A stretch of 64,000 nt of DNA, from assembly GCA_001773725.1 (NCBI GenBank), contig MEXP01000009.1, forward strand, positions 5,073 through 69,072. Reading direction: 5' to 3'. This stretch comes from Candidatus Amesbacteria bacterium RIFCSPLOWO2_01_FULL_49_25. GTDB taxonomy: Bacteria; Patescibacteriota; Microgenomatia; CAZETR01; Amesbacteraceae. A program made the position numbers and the translations under genes. A model generated the notes under the pieces. The model saw only the letters and a program-made list of their open reading frames with translations, did not search any database and had not been told where the DNA came from. Below are positions 60,621 through 64,000 of the stretch, in pieces. Each line of letters starts with the position of its first letter. The first letter of the stretch is position 1.

Positions 60621-62071
60621 ATATTGTGAACCAAACGCAGAACTTTTACACCCCAGGGGAAAGTCCATTCCTGGTCAATTTTGGACCAACCGAAGGCGGC
60701 GATTTCCCATAACGGGTTGTTAATTGGTTCACAGTCACTTTGTTCACAAATGACGAATAGTTGATCGGTCAATTTGTCATGGATGGTGTAATAAGGGGCA
60801 TCATTCAATTGCATAAAGTAGCGATAACTGGCGTCGTAGTTGTTTTTGGCGAGCAAGGCTAAGTTGAAAGGGGAATTTTGGGACTGCGATTTGATGAAGT
60901 TTGCTATTTCTATGGTGCGTGCCAGCTGATTGTTCGGTGAATTGCGGAAAGGGTTATTTTGAAGGGAGACAAAGAACAACGGTAGAACCAGCAGGATTCC
61001 CATAAACGCCAGTTTGGTTTTTTGGAACAGCTGGTTCAGAACGAAACCTAAAAGAAGAAAAATTGCCGGAAAAATAAAACCGTAATAATGATCATAGATG
61101 TGTTGTTTGTACAAACCGAGACCAATCAGGCCAAATCCCAACCAAGAAATAACGAACCAGGCGGCGGGTGATAAGCGGCGGCGAATGGCGTAAAGGATGG
61201 CCAAATCAAACAAACCGAAGGCCGCCCACTTGCCCACTAAGGAATTTTTGCCGGCGAGAAGACTCGTTGCCATGTCTTGCCAAATAGGCCAGAGATTGGG
61301 AACGGCTTTATATACTTTGAAATTGACAGTGGTTTGACGGTCTGTAAAAAAGGTTTTCATGGAGGAATAATTTTGCCAGCCGTGGCGTAAATCAAAGATG
61401 ACCAAGGGCGACATGAGTAATATCAAAATCCCAAACCCCATGAGCCAATATTTTTTGTTTGACTTCTTATCCGAGCTTAAGAATAAAAATAAAAGAATTG
61501 TGGGAAGTAGGAGAAAGCCTAAATAGTGAGAGTTGAGGACAAACGCAAAAGAAACTGCTGAGATGATTAGCCAGCGCCAGCGGCTGAAACGCCAGATATT
61601 CCAAACTCCATACATGGTTAAAAGAGCAAAAAAGGCCATGATATTGGGATTCCACGAAGAACGGGAGTAAATAATAACAGTGGGTGAAAGAGCGTACAAA
61701 GCTGAAACGGTCAATCCCGGCCAGCGTCCAAACCACGAGCGGCTGATCCACCATAAGAGCGCTACGGTTAACAACCCGAGTAAGGCCACAAAAACTGCAG
61801 GGCCAACGGGAGATAGGTTGAATAAAGCCAGAGAGGGGGCGGCTAAATAATAATAGAGAGGACCGAGATACATGTTGCCGATGGAAGTACCTGGACCAAT
61901 GGCGGGAAAGTGTTTGAGAGCGACAATGCCCTTCATAACAAGGGCGTCACGGCCTTCGTCGCCCAGAAAAGTCATGTATTGGTCTATTTTGTAAAGACGC
62001 AAGAAGGCTCCGAGGAGCAAAATGGAAATGATTGCGATTTTTTCTAGTCTCGTTATCGAAGTTTTTTCCAT
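60617..62071 (-). CDS. ArnT-like GT-C glycosyltransferase (family E)
   Basis: FLGDEGRDA, GPGTSIGNMYLGPLYYY and SRSSWNPN motifs. Confidence 0.8.
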   Translation of the reverse strand: MEKTSITRLEKIAIISILLLGAFLRLYKIDQYMTFLGDEGRDALVMKGIVALKHFPAIGPGTSIGNMYLGPLYYYLAAPSLALFNLSPVGPAVFVALLGLLTVALLWWISRSWFGRWPGLTVSALYALSPTVIIYSRSSWNPNIMAFFALLTMYGVWNIWRFSRWRWLIISAVSFAFVLNSHYLGFLLLPTILLFLFLSSDKKSNKKYWLMGFGILILLMSPLVIFDLRHGWQNYSSMKTFFTDRQTTVNFKVYKAVPNLWPIWQDMATSLLAGKNSLVGKWAAFGLFDLAILYAIRRRLSPAAWFVISWLGFGLIGLGLYKQHIYDHYYGFIFPAIFLLLGFVLNQLFQKTKLAFMGILLVLPLFFVSLQNNPFRNSPNNQLARTIEIANFIKSQSQNSPFNLALLAKNNYDASYRYFMQLNDAPYYTIHDKLTDQLFVICEQSDCEPINNPLWEIAAFGWSKIDQEWTFPWGVKVLRLVHNI

Positions 62072-62754
62072 AGCCGAAATAGGTCGACAAAACTTTTGAT
62101 AATGACATTCAAGTTGGCCCCAGTGCCGGAACCTGTTTTTCGGGGATAATGATGGACTCCAATTTCGATTATTTTGAATCCTGATTTTTTGGCTTTAATA
62201 AGGAACTCGCTAGAAATAAAGGCTCCCCGCGATGATTCCAGTTTGGGGATAGTGTCAATAACTTTTTTGGAAATAAGTTTAAATCCGCAGTCGATGTCCC
62301 GGATATTTAAACCAAAGAGTAAATTTACTGCTGTTTGCCAAAGTAGAGTATTAGCTTTTCGGTAAAAAGGGACTTGCCTTTTTAAGTAATAGCCAACAAC
62401 TAAGTCAGCCCCAGTTTGCTTTTGATTGTGAATAAAATTTGTAATTTCGGAAAAATCAAATTGGCCATCGGAGTCTGTAAAAGCTATCCAGGGAAATTTG
62501 GCGGCGTATAGTCCGCTTCTTAGGGACGCGCCGTAACCTTGATTGGGATTATGAGTGACGACTTTGATTCGTGCATCCTGGCGGACTAGTTTGGCGGCAA
62601 TTTCAGCTGTCCGGTCTTTGGATCCGTCGTTGACGATTATTATCTCCCAGTTTTTGACGACTTTTTCCAAAATTGATTTGGCCTTAACAACGGTATTTTC
62701 TATTTGTTCTTGTTCGTTGAAGGCCGGAAAAAAGACCGATAGCTCATCAAGCAT
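62053..62754 (-). CDS. GT2, DPM1-like polyprenyl-phosphate sugar synthase
   Basis: FPAFNE, NDGSKD, NQGYG, DSDGQF and DIDCGFK motifs. Confidence 0.88.
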   Translation of the reverse strand: MLDELSVFFPAFNEQEQIENTVVKAKSILEKVVKNWEIIIVNDGSKDRTAEIAAKLVRQDARIKVVTHNPNQGYGASLRSGLYAAKFPWIAFTDSDGQFDFSEITNFIHNQKQTGADLVVGYYLKRQVPFYRKANTLLWQTAVNLLFGLNIRDIDCGFKLISKKVIDTIPKLESSRGAFISSEFLIKAKKSGFKIIEIGVHHYPRKTGSGTGANLNVIIKSFVDLFRLWKKLR

Positions 62755-62787
62755 GCCTTAATAATATCAAAATGGTAATATTTAAGA
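62755..62787. promoter_or_regulatory. Symmetric bidirectional extended -10 promoters: TGgTAATAT-N6-GTG (+) and TGaTATTAT-N6-ATG (-)
   Basis: 33-bp divergent gap. Both hexamers (62776-62781 +; 62766-62761 -) lie 6 nt from the start codons and carry a TGn extension. Confidence 0.6.
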
Positions 62788-63828
62788 GTGACCAGAGTGG
62801 TAAGAGATTTACTGATCTTGGCGGGTGTGGCTGTGGGATCGACAGTGATTTTGTGGATTACGACAGGGATGAAGGTGGTATATCAAAATTTTGACGGGCC
62901 ATATTACACGGCCGTTGCCAAGTGCTTTTATAACAAAGATTGCCTGGGTAAAAGTTTTGATTTTCCTTTGAAACTGGAATATTACCCGGCGCATTTCCCG
63001 TTGTACCCTACATTCATTAAGTTGATGGAGCCACTTGGGTTGATAAGGGCGGGGTTAATAATAAATATATTGGCCACAGTGGCGGCGGCAATTGTAATAT
63101 ATGAAGTAACAAAGAGGAATTTGTGGATAGCGATGACCTGGTTATTCTTCTGGCCAAGGATGTGGGTGGTGAGATCGATTGCTAGTCCAGAAACTTTATT
63201 TATTTTGTTTGTAGTTTTATCTTTATATCTTTTTGAAAAGAAAAGCTATTGGATGTCTGCATTGGCTGGATCGGCGGCGGTTTTGACAAAAAGCCCGGGA
63301 GTATTGTTGTTCGCGGTTTATGCATTGATGTTTGCAAGAAAACCGGACTCCAAAATATGGCCGGTTTTATTGATCCCCATAACATTGCTAGGGCTGTTTT
63401 ACTTTTTCAAAGTGCAGACAGGTGATTTCTTCGCCTACTTCCATTCGGGGGACAATATTCATTTACAATACTTGCCGTTTAAGGTGTTTGACAGCGGTCA
63501 ACCGTGGGTGGGGACGTTTTGGCTGGAGGATGTGTTGTGGATATACCTAATTGGAGCGATTGGAGTAATTAAAACTATGAGAAAAAATCAGGTGTGGGGC
63601 TACTTCGGAGTGGTGTTCTACGCGACTATTTTGTTCGTGTCACACCGGGATATTGCCCGGTATAGTCTGCCATTGGTGCCGGTAGTTTTGATCGGATTAT
63701 CTGAAATTTTTGAACGACGCGAAGTCAGATGGGCAATGGCGCTGCTTGTCGTACCGATGTTTTTTTACAGTGTGAATTTTCTGCTTCATAACCAATTGTC
63801 AATAGCCGACTGGGCTCCGTTTTTGTAG
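62788..63828 (+). CDS. PIG-V-like GT-C mannosyltransferase
   Basis: NFDGPYY, AHFPLYP, SPETLF and RY motifs. Related to 19118; GTG start. Confidence 0.72.
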   Translation: MTRVVRDLLILAGVAVGSTVILWITTGMKVVYQNFDGPYYTAVAKCFYNKDCLGKSFDFPLKLEYYPAHFPLYPTFIKLMEPLGLIRAGLIINILATVAAAIVIYEVTKRNLWIAMTWLFFWPRMWVVRSIASPETLFILFVVLSLYLFEKKSYWMSALAGSAAVLTKSPGVLLFAVYALMFARKPDSKIWPVLLIPITLLGLFYFFKVQTGDFFAYFHSGDNIHLQYLPFKVFDSGQPWVGTFWLEDVLWIYLIGAIGVIKTMRKNQVWGYFGVVFYATILFVSHRDIARYSLPLVPVVLIGLSEIFERREVRWAMALLVVPMFFYSVNFLLHNQLSIADWAPFL

Positions 63829-63837
63829 CCCTTCGAC

Positions 63838-64000
63838 TCAGGACTTCGGGGCATTGGTCTTCGTTTTCCAAATGAATTTGTTGTAGATGTAGTAGTTGAC
63901 GATGAGAACGATAAAGATGGCGCCGAAGTAGAAAAATTGGATAATGACGGCACTGCCGCGGGCAAAAAACTCGCCGATACGCAGGATGACAAACTGAATG
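63838..64000 (-). CDS. C-terminal end of a GtrA-like flippase domain protein (partial)
   Basis: The frame not in the ORF track reads IQFVILRIGEFFARGSAVIIQFFYFGAIFIVLIVNYYIYNKFIWKTKTNAPKS*. NY...KFIW is a typical GtrA C-terminus. Confidence 0.65.
   Translation of the reverse strand, partial: IQFVILRIGEFFARGSAVIIQFFYFGAIFIVLIVNYYIYNKFIWKTKTNAPKS

Noticed and set aside
63828-63852. gcccttcgactcaggacttcggggc, a possible REP-like element or terminator
   Set aside because: Only a 4-bp stem, single copy, and mostly within coding sequence.
63786-63992. 68-aa Ser/Thr-rich ORF in the track (could be mistaken for a glycosylation substrate)
   Set aside because: It is an alternative frame of the GtrA-like C-terminus (63838-64000) and overlaps the convergent gene.

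Overview
The whole window is one densely packed cell-surface glycosylation locus of about 60 genes. Nearly all lie on the minus strand and most are linked by overlapping or abutting stop/start codons. It encodes about 23 polytopic GT-C-fold (lipid-linked sugar donor) glycosyltransferase-like proteins in several paralog families (ArnT/PMT GT83/39-like, PIG-V-like, GT87-like, YfhO-like), plus 17 GT2 and 2 GT4 enzymes. Three export routes are present: Wzm/Wzt, a Wzx-type flippase and a partial GtrA-like protein. It also carries Fcl and a Gmd/Rmd-type SDR, and tailoring enzymes (FkbM and class I methyltransferases, a hexapeptide acetyltransferase, an AsnB amidotransferase). A UDG-family glycosylase and an RNA methyltransferase look like outsiders. 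Gene style suggests a Patescibacteria (CPR, Microgenomates-like) genome using code 11; this is inference. The most unusual signals are: (i) the extreme GT-C expansion; (ii) small non-catalytic GT-C pieces, one of which encodes the loop missing from its neighbour; (iii) 7-bp periodic tracts in frame inside protein loops; (iv) compact bidirectional, apparently leaderless promoters. Products were assigned by eye from motifs. No database searches were run.
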